64,000 nucleotides of DNA, taken from assembly GCA_031266455.1 (NCBI GenBank), contig JAISBA010000012.1, forward strand, positions 1,151 to 65,150, given 5' to 3'. The number at the start of each line of letters is the position of its first letter. Positions within the stretch are counted from its first letter, which is position 1. The position numbers were made by a program, and so were the translations under genes. The notes under the pieces were generated by a model that worked only from the letters and a program-made list of their open reading frames with translations, was not told the DNA's origin and made no database searches. Of the stretch, positions 28,506 through 38,560 are shown piece after piece. Source of the DNA: Puniceicoccales bacterium. GTDB taxonomy: Bacteria > Verrucomicrobiota > Verrucomicrobiia > Opitutales > UBA9783.

Positions 28506-29789
28506 ATGGTTCTTGAATTTTTAGATAACCTCTTGTGGAGCTACATCGACTTTTTTCTAATCCTATGCATTGGCCTTTACCTGACACTAAAATCCAAATT
28601 TTTTCAATTTCGCACAATTATAAGACCCATAAAGACATTTAATGCGCTCATGGGCGGAACAAAACAAGCAAGAGGCCTGGCCCCTATTCGTCTTTACTTT
28701 TCATCGATGGGTGGCTCCATTGGGATCGGAAACGTTGGGGCATGCATTACGGCCGTATCCATCGGCGGTCCTGGCGGCCTTTTTTGGATGTGGGTTGCAG
28801 TCTTTATTGGAATGCTTGTTAAATATTCAGAAATTTTTTTGGGTATCAAATATCGCATACACGATAAAAAACATGGATACGATGGCGGTGCACCACATTA
28901 TTTAATGCGTGCCTTTAATAAAAAATGGATTTCCATTAGCTTTTGTTTACTTATGTGCGTTTACGGAGCTGAGATTTATCAATTTAAAGTTGTCGAAGAC
29001 GTTTTTGTCGATACGTTTGGATTAAACAGGTACTTGGCCCTATTGATCCTGTTATCCGGAACAATATACGTAACGCTCGGCGGCATTCGACGTCTTTCCG
29101 TCATATGTACAATCCTCATGCCATTTTTTCTATTAACCTACACAGGGGTATGTTTATATACCCTATATCACAGCAATGTTGATTTTTTCGCCCTGATTGC
29201 TACCATTTGTAAATCTGCTTTCAGCGGACATGCTGCCGTTGGAGGATTTGCGGGCAGTACGGTTTTTATGGCGGTTCATCACGGTATGGCAAGAGCGGTG
29301 TATTCCGGAGATATCGGCATTGGATACGACGCTATCATTCAAGCCGAAACACGGATAACGGATCCGTGTGTTCAGGCACGAACCGCTGTTTTTTCCCTAT
29401 TTACCGACTGCGCAATCTGTACGCTTACCATTTTTTTGGTGCTATGCACGGGGCAATGGTGTGTCGGTCACGACAATGCCTTTGACTGCGTTGTAACGGC
29501 GCTCATGGGACATTTTTCGAATGCCAAGTTGCTCATGGCTATATTTTTCTTTTTGGCAGGTTGGACAACGGTCCTCGGATACTTAGCCGTTGGCATGAAA
29601 AGTGCAAAGGCCATTTCTTTAAAGAAAGGTCAATTTTTTTATCTCATCTACGCCATAGGTGCATTTATAATATTTTCCTTTGTGGACCAAAGTACGGCAT
29701 TGGCGGTTATGTCCGTATCGGGTGGATTGCTTTTATTCATTAACCTTTGGGGAATTTTCAAGCTTAGACATGAATTGAAGTTCCAATAA
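28506..29789 (+). CDS. Alanine/glycine:cation symporter (AGCS family)
   Basis: Polytopic membrane protein. QFRTIIRP...GG and GGPGGLFWMWV..FIGM are typical AGCS motifs. Start trimmed to the ATG at 28506 to avoid overlapping the upstream gene. Confidence 0.85.
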   Translation: MVLEFLDNLLWSYIDFFLILCIGLYLTLKSKFFQFRTIIRPIKTFNALMGGTKQARGLAPIRLYFSSMGGSIGIGNVGACITAVSIGGPGGLFWMWVAVFIGMLVKYSEIFLGIKYRIHDKKHGYDGGAPHYLMRAFNKKWISISFCLLMCVYGAEIYQFKVVEDVFVDTFGLNRYLALLILLSGTIYVTLGGIRRLSVICTILMPFFLLTYTGVCLYTLYHSNVDFFALIATICKSAFSGHAAVGGFAGSTVFMAVHHGMARAVYSGDIGIGYDAIIQAETRITDPCVQARTAVFSLFTDCAICTLTIFLVLCTGQWCVGHDNAFDCVVTALMGHFSNAKLLMAIFFFLAGWTTVLGYLAVGMKSAKAISLKKGQFFYLIYAIGAFIIFSFVDQSTALAVMSVSGGLLLFINLWGIFKLRHELKFQ

Positions 29790-29962
29790 ACGCTCATTTA
29801 TAATGAGAATGAATAATGATTTTACGACATTTCAGGCCTGAAAATTCTAGACTTGTTGCCGTAGACAAAATATAGGTATTTTGCGAAATGGGACATCGTT
29901 GCTTGAAAAAATAAGAAGGTAACCTTTGAAAAATTTTCAATGCGCTTATGTAAAGATTTTTT

Positions 29963-29988
29963 AAAATGTAAAGCGTTTACATTTTTTT
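29963..29988. terminator. AT-rich hairpin between the convergent symporter and SNF2 genes (weak bidirectional terminator candidate)
   Basis: AAAATGTAAA GCG TTTACATTTT followed by TTT. The stem is almost entirely A-T. Confidence 0.25.
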
Positions 29989-30030
29989 AATCTTTCAATC
30001 TGCATAAATTATGCTTCTAAGTAAGATTTT

Positions 30031-32445
30031 CTATCCTTGATGCGTCCTTATTAAATCGTACAATTGCTGCCAACGTTCCATTTGCGACAATTGACCTTTT
30101 GCAAACAATTTATCAAAAATTGCTCCCTTTTGTTTTTGTAAAATTTGTATTTTAGATTCTATGGAATTTTCTATCAGAGGTCGATACACTTGCAGTGGAA
30201 ATTGTTGGCCCAAACGGTGCACACGCGCAATCGCTTGTTGCTCAATGGCCGGATTCCACCAGGGATCCATTAAAAAAACGACCTGTGCCGAATGGAGTGT
30301 AATGCCCGTTCCTCCAGCTTTTAAACTGATTAGAAATGCGGTTTGCTGCTCCTTCTGAAAACGCTCGATGAGTCCGCGTCTTTGTTGTACAATCGTGTCT
30401 CCCGTCAAGAGAAGCGTATGCGGATAAAAAGATTTTACAAGAGGTACCATGCGTTCCAACAAACGTCTAAATTGACTGAAAATAATGATCTTTTGTCCAT
30501 TGTTTACGCAAGTACCCAGTTGTTGCTGCAACCACAGTATTTTTCCACTTTCACTACAGGACATTTGCTCATGATGAGGAAGTAAGCCTGGATCGCAACA
30601 AATCTGTCTTAGGCGTAAAAGTAAGATGAAAAGCTGCCCCCATTGCCCCTGTTTCAAATGAATGCCTTGATGTAGCCACGTATCGTATAAAGCTTGCTGT
30701 TGAGCCGTCATGGGACAATAGACGGCATGTTCTTCCTTTTTGGGTAAATTTTTTAAAACTTCTGACTTTGTCCGACGTAAAATGAAGGGTGCAATTTGAA
30801 CCCTGAGTCGCGTACGTTCCGATTCGGACTGCATAAGATTTTGAAATTCTTTGTAATTTCCCAATAAACCCGGCATCAAAAAATGGAAAATCGTCCATAA
30901 ATCCACGAGACTATTTTCGACTGGTGTACCGGTTGTTGCCAATCTAAAATGCGCTTTCAGATTGAAGCAAGCGTGTGCAGTCTTTGATTTAGGATTTTTC
31001 ATGTATTGCGCTTCATCCAAAACGATGCAGCGAAAGTTTACCGTTTTCAGCATATTTGCGTACAACCTCAACTGGGAATAACTGGCAACGAAAATTGCAT
31101 CCTCATTGGGGATAAAATTTGAAGTGGTTTTATGAGAAAGCACTTGCAAAGGTAATTGCGGGAAAATGTTTTCTTGTTCACTTTGCCATGAAGCAATCAC
31201 ACTGGCAGGACATAAGATCAAATCCGGTAACAAATCCGTATTTTCACTCCTTAACCATTGGATTAAACTTAAAATTTGGCGTGTCTTTCCCAATCCCATT
31301 TCATCCGCCAACAAAGGATAACAATGCAAATCCAACAATTGTTTCAACCAAGCAACGCCCTCTTTCTGATAATTTCTTAGTGGGATCTTAAAGGTAAAAT
31401 TCAAATTTTCTGACCTATGGGTTAGCTTTTCTAACCATTGTCTTGCCTGCTCTCCCAAGTGTGTCGTATTGAAGGATGACAGCAATAAGTAAGGGGGTAA
31501 CTTTTGGTCAAGACGGTTCTTCCAATCGTTTAAACGCTGCATCCAACGGATGTCCGCAGGATTCCAACGAAGCAATCCATGTTTTTCCGACCAGCAAAGA
31601 TTAGGCTTCGTGGATGAGAAATTTTTTAGTTTTTCGTCGCGTAACAATGATTTTTCTACAAAAAAATGCTGTTGTAGGCAGTTTTCTGCATTCATGTTCA
31701 AAACCACCTGCACCTGCCTTACGCCCGCCTCCAATTTCCGTACACATTCGGGAATCTCAACAAAGTACTTGCGTGACAATCGCGGTATTTCATTTTTGAC
31801 AAAATCTGACCACGCCTCTCGATCGTTGCTTTGAAAATGTGCATTTACCCAATGAAATCCATATTTTTGAACCGTGTGCAGTAAAGATAATAGATGTTCT
31901 CGCTCATTGAATTTCAAATACTTTTCCAACGAGACGAGCTTGGTGAGTTTGTTGTGTCGTCGAAAATGTACCTCAAAAGCTAAATTTTGGTTACATTTAA
32001 AAAATTTCAAATTCCCCAAAGGACTGACAACTTTTATTAACTCAGAATTAGCCTTTGCCGGCATACGAGGAAGTTGCGGATGCTTGCTTTCGGTTTCTAT
32101 GGGTATACACAATTCAAACAGATGTTCTTCGATCAGTTTTTCCAAAACTAGAAAACCGGCCGCTAAAAAGGCTTTTCCAACGGAGGAATTGCGCTGTGAA
32201 ATTTGCAAAGTTATTTGGCCATTTGTGTGTAGATCCCCCGTCGAGTAATAGTTTTCGTCATTTAATCGACCGTGTACCAAAATGAAATGTTCTTCTAGAG
32301 TAATGGATTGGACTCCATGACTCAAAAGCTTAACCCCTTGTTTATAATCCGAATGCGAAAAATAGGTACTCCACCAATTTTTTCTGTAAGCCTCGAACCA
32401 AACTTTTAGGGAAGCTTGCGTGTATTTTTTTTCAATAGGCAACAC
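30031..32445 (-). CDS. SNF2-family DEAD/H helicase with a 340-aa N-terminal domain of unknown function
   Basis: LADEMGLGKT (motif I), VLDEAQYMKN (DEAQ box), and helicase C motifs LISLKAGGTGITL and QAIARVHRLGQ. The GTG start overlaps the glmM stop by 14 nt. Confidence 0.9.
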   Translation of the reverse strand: MLPIEKKYTQASLKVWFEAYRKNWWSTYFSHSDYKQGVKLLSHGVQSITLEEHFILVHGRLNDENYYSTGDLHTNGQITLQISQRNSSVGKAFLAAGFLVLEKLIEEHLFELCIPIETESKHPQLPRMPAKANSELIKVVSPLGNLKFFKCNQNLAFEVHFRRHNKLTKLVSLEKYLKFNEREHLLSLLHTVQKYGFHWVNAHFQSNDREAWSDFVKNEIPRLSRKYFVEIPECVRKLEAGVRQVQVVLNMNAENCLQQHFFVEKSLLRDEKLKNFSSTKPNLCWSEKHGLLRWNPADIRWMQRLNDWKNRLDQKLPPYLLLSSFNTTHLGEQARQWLEKLTHRSENLNFTFKIPLRNYQKEGVAWLKQLLDLHCYPLLADEMGLGKTRQILSLIQWLRSENTDLLPDLILCPASVIASWQSEQENIFPQLPLQVLSHKTTSNFIPNEDAIFVASYSQLRLYANMLKTVNFRCIVLDEAQYMKNPKSKTAHACFNLKAHFRLATTGTPVENSLVDLWTIFHFLMPGLLGNYKEFQNLMQSESERTRLRVQIAPFILRRTKSEVLKNLPKKEEHAVYCPMTAQQQALYDTWLHQGIHLKQGQWGQLFILLLRLRQICCDPGLLPHHEQMSCSESGKILWLQQQLGTCVNNGQKIIIFSQFRRLLERMVPLVKSFYPHTLLLTGDTIVQQRRGLIERFQKEQQTAFLISLKAGGTGITLHSAQVVFLMDPWWNPAIEQQAIARVHRLGQQFPLQVYRPLIENSIESKIQILQKQKGAIFDKLFAKGQLSQMERWQQLYDLIRTHQG

Positions 32446-33787
32446 ACCCGTTCACCTTAATTTTACAATGTTCAAAATCTAATCGAGCCGCACGCATCCA
32501 TTGAGCCAAAATTTGCGCACACAGCGCATTTGTTTCCGCTTCCACCAGAAAACGCAATTTATTTTCCGTCCCCGAATAACGCATGTACATTCTATTCGCA
32601 TCCCGATGGTGATTTTTTTCAAAAAGCCGTGCGCATTCCAATTGCGTTGTGGGAATTTTTGAAGCAATGCTTAACGCGCCTTCGGCTTTCGGAAACAGAG
32701 TAATTGTCTTCCTACGTTCTGCCAAAGGTTGTTTCAGAGCCATGCGCATCAATTCAATGGCAATCCGAAGACCATCGCCCGTTTTTGCAATATCGCTTAA
32801 AATAACGTGCCCGGAACTTTCTCCTCCCACATTTGCGCCGTGAGCTACCATACCGTAATAGACTTCTCGGTCGCCCACATCCGTCCTAATGGTTTGAATA
32901 TCAAAGTTTTTTAAAGTCCAGTCCAAGCCCGAATTACTCTGCTCGGTAACAATCAATTTATTGCGATCCAACTGTCCCTTTTTAAACTTGTCCAAAGCTA
33001 GGATTCCTAAAACTTGGTCACCGTCTAACCGATTGCCTTGTTCGTCAAATAAGACAACCCGATCCCCATCTCCATCGTGCGCAATACCCAACCATGCACC
33101 GCTTTCTTGCATTTTTTTCCCAATCCCTTCGCAACATTCACTGCCACAACGAAGATTTATATTCTCTCCCGTAGGCTCATTACCTACGGCAATAATCTCA
33201 AGCCCCAAGGATTTAAGGATCGGCAAACTGGTAAAGACGGTAGCTCCATTGGCCGTATCCAAAACAATTTTTCTGCCTCCAAAATTCAGATCACCGTAGT
33301 CCGATAAGATATGTTCTAGGTAATAATCGCTCCCGTTAATTTCGTGGATGTGAGGTAAGGTTGATGGAGTGACCGCTTGTCGGTTCACCCACGATGCAAT
33401 ACAAGCTTCCTCTTCCCTTTGCAATTTGTATCCACCGCGGTGAAACAATTTAAGACCATTATCCGTAAAAGGATTGTGGGACGCCGTAATGGCAATACCC
33501 AATGAAAAACCTTCACGTTCAACAAAATATGCGATAGCGGGTGTGGGCGTTACGCCTAGGAAAGTGACATACCCCGTACCTTCGCCTAAAAGCCCTTGCG
33601 CAAGAGCATACGCCAACGCATATCCCGAGGCACGCGTATCCCACCCAACAGCAACTTTTAGATCCAAATTGTTTGCCTTCAACCAAGCCCAACATGCTTG
33701 CCCTATACCCTTAAAAGCTTCTTCGGTAATGGGCCATTCTCCAACTTTTCCACGAATGCCATCCGTACCAAAATGAATTCTATGCAT
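32432..33787 (-). CDS. glmM: Phosphoglucosamine mutase
   Basis: FGTDGIRGKVG, the phosphoserine loop ITASHNPFTDNGLK, and the Mg site GIAHDGDGDRV. The ATG at 33787 overlaps the accA stop by 8 nt. Confidence 0.9.
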   Translation of the reverse strand: MHRIHFGTDGIRGKVGEWPITEEAFKGIGQACWAWLKANNLDLKVAVGWDTRASGYALAYALAQGLLGEGTGYVTFLGVTPTPAIAYFVEREGFSLGIAITASHNPFTDNGLKLFHRGGYKLQREEEACIASWVNRQAVTPSTLPHIHEINGSDYYLEHILSDYGDLNFGGRKIVLDTANGATVFTSLPILKSLGLEIIAVGNEPTGENINLRCGSECCEGIGKKMQESGAWLGIAHDGDGDRVVLFDEQGNRLDGDQVLGILALDKFKKGQLDRNKLIVTEQSNSGLDWTLKNFDIQTIRTDVGDREVYYGMVAHGANVGGESSGHVILSDIAKTGDGLRIAIELMRMALKQPLAERRKTITLFPKAEGALSIASKIPTTQLECARLFEKNHHRDANRMYMRYSGTENKLRFLVEAETNALCAQILAQWMRAARLDFEHCKIKVNGCVAY

Positions 33788-34751
33788 GTTCTTCAAACAC
33801 ACCTATGGATCTAAATTTACGATACCTTTTTGCCAATAAATCTTTTTCCGATTCCCGTAAAAGCTCCGTCAAATGAGTTTCCAATGCACACCGAACGTTC
33901 TCGATGCAGGATGCAGGATCTGCGTGTGCACCTCCCAAGGGTTCAGGAATAATTGCATCCACCACGTTGAGATTTTTTAAGTGGTTGGCAGATAACTTGA
34001 GTGCGTTGGCCGCCTCCGGAGCTTTAGCGCGATCTTTCCATAGGATGGCGGCGCATCCCTCCGGGGAAATAACGGAATAGTAAGCATTTTCAAGTATTAA
34101 AACACGGTCAACAACGCCAATCCCTAAGGCCCCTCCTGATCCACCTTCTCCCAAAACAATGGCTATGCTTGGAACTTTCAACGTACTCATTTCGCGTAAA
34201 TTAACGGCAATGGCCTCGGCTACATGGCGTTCTTCGGCACCGATACCCGGATACGCTCCGGGCGTGTCAATCCATGCAATAATGGGCATCTTAAATTTTT
34301 CCGCGAGTCGCATGAGTCTTAATGCTTTTCGATACCCTTCGGGATTAGGCGACCCAAAACAGCGTTTAATGTTTTCCTTCAGAGAGCGTCCCTTCTGCTG
34401 AGCAATGACCATAACAGGCTTTTTTTCAAAAAATGCAGACCCTCCTATCAATGCTTGATCATCTCCAAAATAGCGGTCACCGTGCAATTCTTGAAAGTTT
34501 TCGAACAATGATTGAATGTAATCCAATGCATAGGGACGTTGCGGATGACGTGCTATCTTTATTTTTTGCCAAGGGGTAAGGTTTTTGTAAATTTGTTCCT
34601 GCGTTTCTTTAATTTTAATTTCAATGGCATGAATTTCGTCATCCATCTGTACTTGATTTTCGTCGGACAAACGTTTCAGTTGTTCCAATTGCTCACTCAA
34701 CGCCAGCAAAGGTTTTTCAAAGTCAAGCGTGTACTTAACGGATGTTTCCAT
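33780..34751 (-). CDS. accA: Acetyl-CoA carboxylase carboxyltransferase subunit alpha
   Basis: IARHPQRPY, GDRYFGDDQALIGG and IDTPGAYPGIGAEERHVAEAIA are canonical AccA motifs. Confidence 0.95.
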   Translation of the reverse strand: METSVKYTLDFEKPLLALSEQLEQLKRLSDENQVQMDDEIHAIEIKIKETQEQIYKNLTPWQKIKIARHPQRPYALDYIQSLFENFQELHGDRYFGDDQALIGGSAFFEKKPVMVIAQQKGRSLKENIKRCFGSPNPEGYRKALRLMRLAEKFKMPIIAWIDTPGAYPGIGAEERHVAEAIAVNLREMSTLKVPSIAIVLGEGGSGGALGIGVVDRVLILENAYYSVISPEGCAAILWKDRAKAPEAANALKLSANHLKNLNVVDAIIPEPLGGAHADPASCIENVRCALETHLTELLRESEKDLLAKRYRKFRSIGVFEEHA

Positions 34752-34961
34752 AATGAGTTACGCATCGTAGTATTTTCAACGATAAATACAATTCTTTTAT
34801 TTGCAAATATCCCTTTCACATGCCTGCTTTTACCTCTTTAAAGATATGAATCGTAAGATGACACTGATCCCTAGAATAGGATAGCCTTTCGTAAAAATGT
34901 GAAACAACGGTTTAGAAAATAGGATATTAACTTCGAAATATACTTTAAATTGCAGTCAATC

Positions 34962-35510
34962 TCAATAGTATCTATTTTCCGTACAATCTTTGTGAGCAGC
35001 TTCAGAGAATCTGTAAGCTACGCAAGTTGAACTATGGTAGTAAACATTACCTTTGAAGCCATCTAAATCAGCCAACCCATTAAAACAAAGACGTACGTCC
35101 TGCATGTTTCCCATCCTAGCATTTATCGCAATAGGTAGCACCACTCCATCATCTGAACGTACATTACCGTTAATCCAATTTTCAAAATCAAAGGAAGCAC
35201 CGCTTTTTCTTAGAGGTCGGTATATAAACTGATTTTCTTTATACAAATGATGCTGTAAAAAGCAGCGAATGTTGCCAGCTGGAATAGTATTTGAACCACC
35301 ATCTGGCGGCCATTCGTTAAAGATCAAATAATAAGAACGAAAGGCCTTGATTAAGCCCTCGAAATTGCATACAAATTCGTTCAACTTGAGATCCTGCATC
35401 GTTTTCTTAAAGCCCGGCATGGCAATGGCGGTAAAGATAGCTGCAATGCACAAAGCCACCATAATTTCTGCAAGTGTAAATCCACACGACCTTTTATCTT
35501 TCAAACGCAT
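34962..35510 (-). CDS. Prepilin-type N-terminal cleavage/methylation domain protein (pseudopilin-like)
   Basis: G|FTLAEIMVALCIAAIFTAIAMPGF N-terminus. 182 aa. Confidence 0.7.
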   Translation of the reverse strand: MRLKDKRSCGFTLAEIMVALCIAAIFTAIAMPGFKKTMQDLKLNEFVCNFEGLIKAFRSYYLIFNEWPPDGGSNTIPAGNIRCFLQHHLYKENQFIYRPLRKSGASFDFENWINGNVRSDDGVVLPIAINARMGNMQDVRLCFNGLADLDGFKGNVYYHSSTCVAYRFSEAAHKDCTENRYY

Positions 35511-35543
35511 CCTAAAACATCCTATATAAGTTATTCTCTACTG

Positions 35544-37862
35544 TCAATATTTCCCAGATACCCAAATGGCACAGGAAAGAGGCGGTAAAGTTAGCCTACC
35601 TTCTTGAGACCACGATGTCAGAGGTGGATTTAATCCACCTAGGCATAATCGTTCTGTATCCGCTAGTTGAACAAATGTATCTGCGGAAACGTTGTCTAAA
35701 AACCACTTCATAGGCGTTTCGTGAGGATTGATGGCAAATAAAATTTGGCGCTTTCCTTCCGAATGATCTGCGTTATACAAAATAACCAACGCGGAAGAAT
35801 TTTTTGCGTAAAAGTATTTGAAGTAATGGGCCGATGGGTACCCTACTTTTAATAATTTACCGTAGGTGGATTGCCTTAACCCAATGAGCCCTTTGACATA
35901 CGCGTGCGTACCGGAAAACTGTTCTAGGCGTAAGTAATCCAATTTATTGCAGTCTTCGCGATTGTAGGTATTTCGAATCCCTTTTTTTGATTTTAAAAAA
36001 TCCTGACCTGCACCTATCATGGGAATGCCTAAAGATAGGTAAAGAATCGCAAATATACAATGCGTTCTGCGGCGGTCTTTCACCGTAAAATTTTCGCCAT
36101 TGCAATTAGCGTTTTCCGTAACGCGATCTATCCAACAATGGTCGTCGTGAGATTCCGTGTAGTTAATCGATTGCTGGGCCGTTTCGCACAGGAAATCGGT
36201 AGAACCTTTTATAAAATATTTTAATCCATCCACATTACCCTGTCCACGCACATATTGCAGTACAAAATCGCGAAATCCGTCATTCCAATAAGCGTAATCT
36301 GTCCCTTTTAGGTCCAATGCCACGTGATTTCTAAAACTCCACGGTTCAGCTATTAAAATAATATCCGATTTTACCGCCTTTAGGCCTTGCGCAATTTCTT
36401 CCAGTACGGAGACCCCTAGTAGTTCTGCCAAGTCAAAACGGAAACCATCGACCCCATATGCGTTTAAAAAGTGCAGCAAACTGTCCAGGATTAAGCGTTT
36501 TGCCATGGGAGCTTCGGCACGGAAGTCGTTGCCACAACCACTAAAATTGGAAAAGTTTTCCCCTGTTAAACGAAAATAATAGGCCTTGTCAATCTTTTGC
36601 AAACTGTTAAAAATACCTGCATGGTTGTATACAACGTCTAGAATAACGGCTATACCTTTCGAATGGCATACCGCTACAAGTTCTTGAAAATCCCGTATCT
36701 GAGATCCGCAGTCACCTTGAGCATAAAAAGAGGATGGCGCAAAATAATGAGCAGGCATATACCCCCAATGATATTCCTTACCATTTAAGGCATCGTATTC
36801 ATTGATGGGCAACAGTTCCAACGCGTTGCAATGGAGCGAAGTTACGTAGTTGTCCGTCAGCAGAAATTTTGATAAATCGCCAAAGCCACTTCCCCCCGTT
36901 AGATCGCGCACATGGCACTCCAAAATGGTTAGGTCACGCATACGAGGCGTTTTAAAATTTCCGGCATACAGCTGTAAAGACGTAATTATTCCGGGACCTT
37001 GAGGGCTTACCAAAGCCTTGGCATAAGGATCCACGACCTTCGTCTTTTCCGGATTATAAATGAAAAATTCATAGCAATAATGAACATAATTGTCCGGCAG
37101 ATTAACGGACCAAACGCCCTTTTTGTCCATCTGCAAAGGATATACGTTATCCCTGTTTTCCTGCTTGTTAAAAATATGAACTTCAACTTTAGAAGCGCGA
37201 GGGGCAAATAGGGCAAAACAAGTCCGATTACCTTCCGTCCAACAACCCAAAGGCTTATCCGAGTACAGCTGCAAAGCCCAAGGTAAAGTATCTATGCAAA
37301 TAGACTGATTTCCCAATTGCAACCAAGGTTGCTTTGAAAGATCATGGTCGTGAGCACATTGAAATGCCACCCAATGTGCGCCCGTTTGTCGAAGATTGAG
37401 TTGAAAATTGACATGTCCACAATTGTCTTGAATACGATTTGGACTCTCTTCAAAAGGATTTATCCATAGGTTGGATTCGTGTACAAATTTAAAGTGACTC
37501 ACCTCATGGAAATGAGAGACGGGCATTTTTAATTCAAAAGCGCTCTTATCTCGCGTTAAACCCAGAGGCTTTGTGCCTTGCCAGGACCAATGGTTGAAAT
37601 CGCCGGCTACGTAAAAATTCCCAGGCAATTGTTTCAATTTACGAGAAAGTTTTGAGCAAGCCAAGCGAAAGCAGACAAAATCTTTATCTAGGTAATAACC
37701 CGATACATCTGCAAATTTTACCTTAGAAAAATGCTTTAAAACGATGGGATCCCCTTCAATGGTACCTTCGGGTAGTGCTTGAATATCTACATCTTCACTA
37801 AAACATAAAACCCCCGAAGACGTTGTTTCCCAAAAGGCATGCAACCCTATCGAAATTTCCAC
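35544..37862 (-). CDS. GH13 alpha-amylase-family debranching enzyme (type I pullulanase/GlgX-like) with N-terminal carbohydrate-binding-like modules; no signal peptide
   Basis: GH13 regions DVVYNHAG, GVDGFRFDLAELLG, IAEPWS and YTESHDD. CBM48-like CFALFAPRASKVEVHIF, with an additional FYVAGDFNHWS module upstream. GTG start with AGGA 7 nt upstream. Confidence 0.85.
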   Translation of the reverse strand: MEISIGLHAFWETTSSGVLCFSEDVDIQALPEGTIEGDPIVLKHFSKVKFADVSGYYLDKDFVCFRLACSKLSRKLKQLPGNFYVAGDFNHWSWQGTKPLGLTRDKSAFELKMPVSHFHEVSHFKFVHESNLWINPFEESPNRIQDNCGHVNFQLNLRQTGAHWVAFQCAHDHDLSKQPWLQLGNQSICIDTLPWALQLYSDKPLGCWTEGNRTCFALFAPRASKVEVHIFNKQENRDNVYPLQMDKKGVWSVNLPDNYVHYCYEFFIYNPEKTKVVDPYAKALVSPQGPGIITSLQLYAGNFKTPRMRDLTILECHVRDLTGGSGFGDLSKFLLTDNYVTSLHCNALELLPINEYDALNGKEYHWGYMPAHYFAPSSFYAQGDCGSQIRDFQELVAVCHSKGIAVILDVVYNHAGIFNSLQKIDKAYYFRLTGENFSNFSGCGNDFRAEAPMAKRLILDSLLHFLNAYGVDGFRFDLAELLGVSVLEEIAQGLKAVKSDIILIAEPWSFRNHVALDLKGTDYAYWNDGFRDFVLQYVRGQGNVDGLKYFIKGSTDFLCETAQQSINYTESHDDHCWIDRVTENANCNGENFTVKDRRRTHCIFAILYLSLGIPMIGAGQDFLKSKKGIRNTYNREDCNKLDYLRLEQFSGTHAYVKGLIGLRQSTYGKLLKVGYPSAHYFKYFYAKNSSALVILYNADHSEGKRQILFAINPHETPMKWFLDNVSADTFVQLADTERLCLGGLNPPLTSWSQEGRLTLPPLSCAIWVSGKY

Positions 37863-37872
37863 CGCAATTCCT

Positions 37873-38331
37873 TTACAATTCTGATAAGACCTCGGGTAAT
37901 TCTCCGCGGTATATTTGTATTAAGTGTTGCTGCCAAATCTCAAATTCGGCAATAAATGCTTTAAAAAGGTTCTCAAACAACGGAACATCCATGTTTAAAG
38001 CGGGCACATGATATCCCAACAGTATTTTTAAGGCATCGGGCCGTTTTGATAACGTCATACCATGCGTTAACTCCCAATCGCAGTTCGCCTTTAAAAAACA
38101 GTTGCAAGATCTTTCCAGATAATTTTCGTTGATGTCTCCCAATTCTGTCAAAAATTCAACCTCCGAACGTTCTCTATTAAAACGGATTTGCACATTCTGT
38201 GCGTTGTCTAGACACACTTCGCATGCATTGTTATCGTTTAGCGCCAGGGGCTGTAAATTAATCGATTCTCCAAACTTTTGAAGTACGGAAGCAAAGTTTT
38301 CAAACGTGTCCATAGAACATTTATACACCAT
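37873..38331 (-). CDS. Small acidic protein with CesT/Tir-type type III secretion chaperone-like (or YbjN-like) pattern
   Basis: 152 aa with about 23 acidic versus 12 basic residues by hand count. The layout (L.L.D.N.C.V.LDN...V.I.F......EVEFLTELGDI ... LLKANC ... G.TLS...D...ILLGYHVP...MD...FENLFKAFIAEFEIW) resembles CesT-family chaperones from memory. Confidence 0.45.
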   Translation of the reverse strand: MVYKCSMDTFENFASVLQKFGESINLQPLALNDNNACEVCLDNAQNVQIRFNRERSEVEFLTELGDINENYLERSCNCFLKANCDWELTHGMTLSKRPDALKILLGYHVPALNMDVPLFENLFKAFIAEFEIWQQHLIQIYRGELPEVLSEL

Positions 38332-38458
38332 TTTTGCTTATCCTGCAAGGGTAAAATGTATTCCCGTTAAACGTTTGCGACCAACCCATGTTTATTTACA
38401 AGACGTAATTGCTTGACTTCGCTTGCAAGAAAAATTTTACTCATAAAAAGATTTTGAG

Positions 38459-38535
38459 CGGGTCATGGCGCAGCCTGGTAGCGCACTTGCATGGGGTGCA
38501 AGGGGTCGGGAGTTCGAATCTCCCTGACCCGACCA
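38459..38535 (+). tRNA. tRNA-Pro (anticodon GGG)
   Basis: CGGGTCATGGCGCAGCCTGGTAGCGC..CTTGC ATGGGGT GCAAG..GGGAGTTCGAATCTCCCTGACCCGACCA. The cloverleaf folds by hand. Confidence 0.9.
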
Positions 38536-38560
38536 TAAGAACGTAAAATTGGCATCACCC

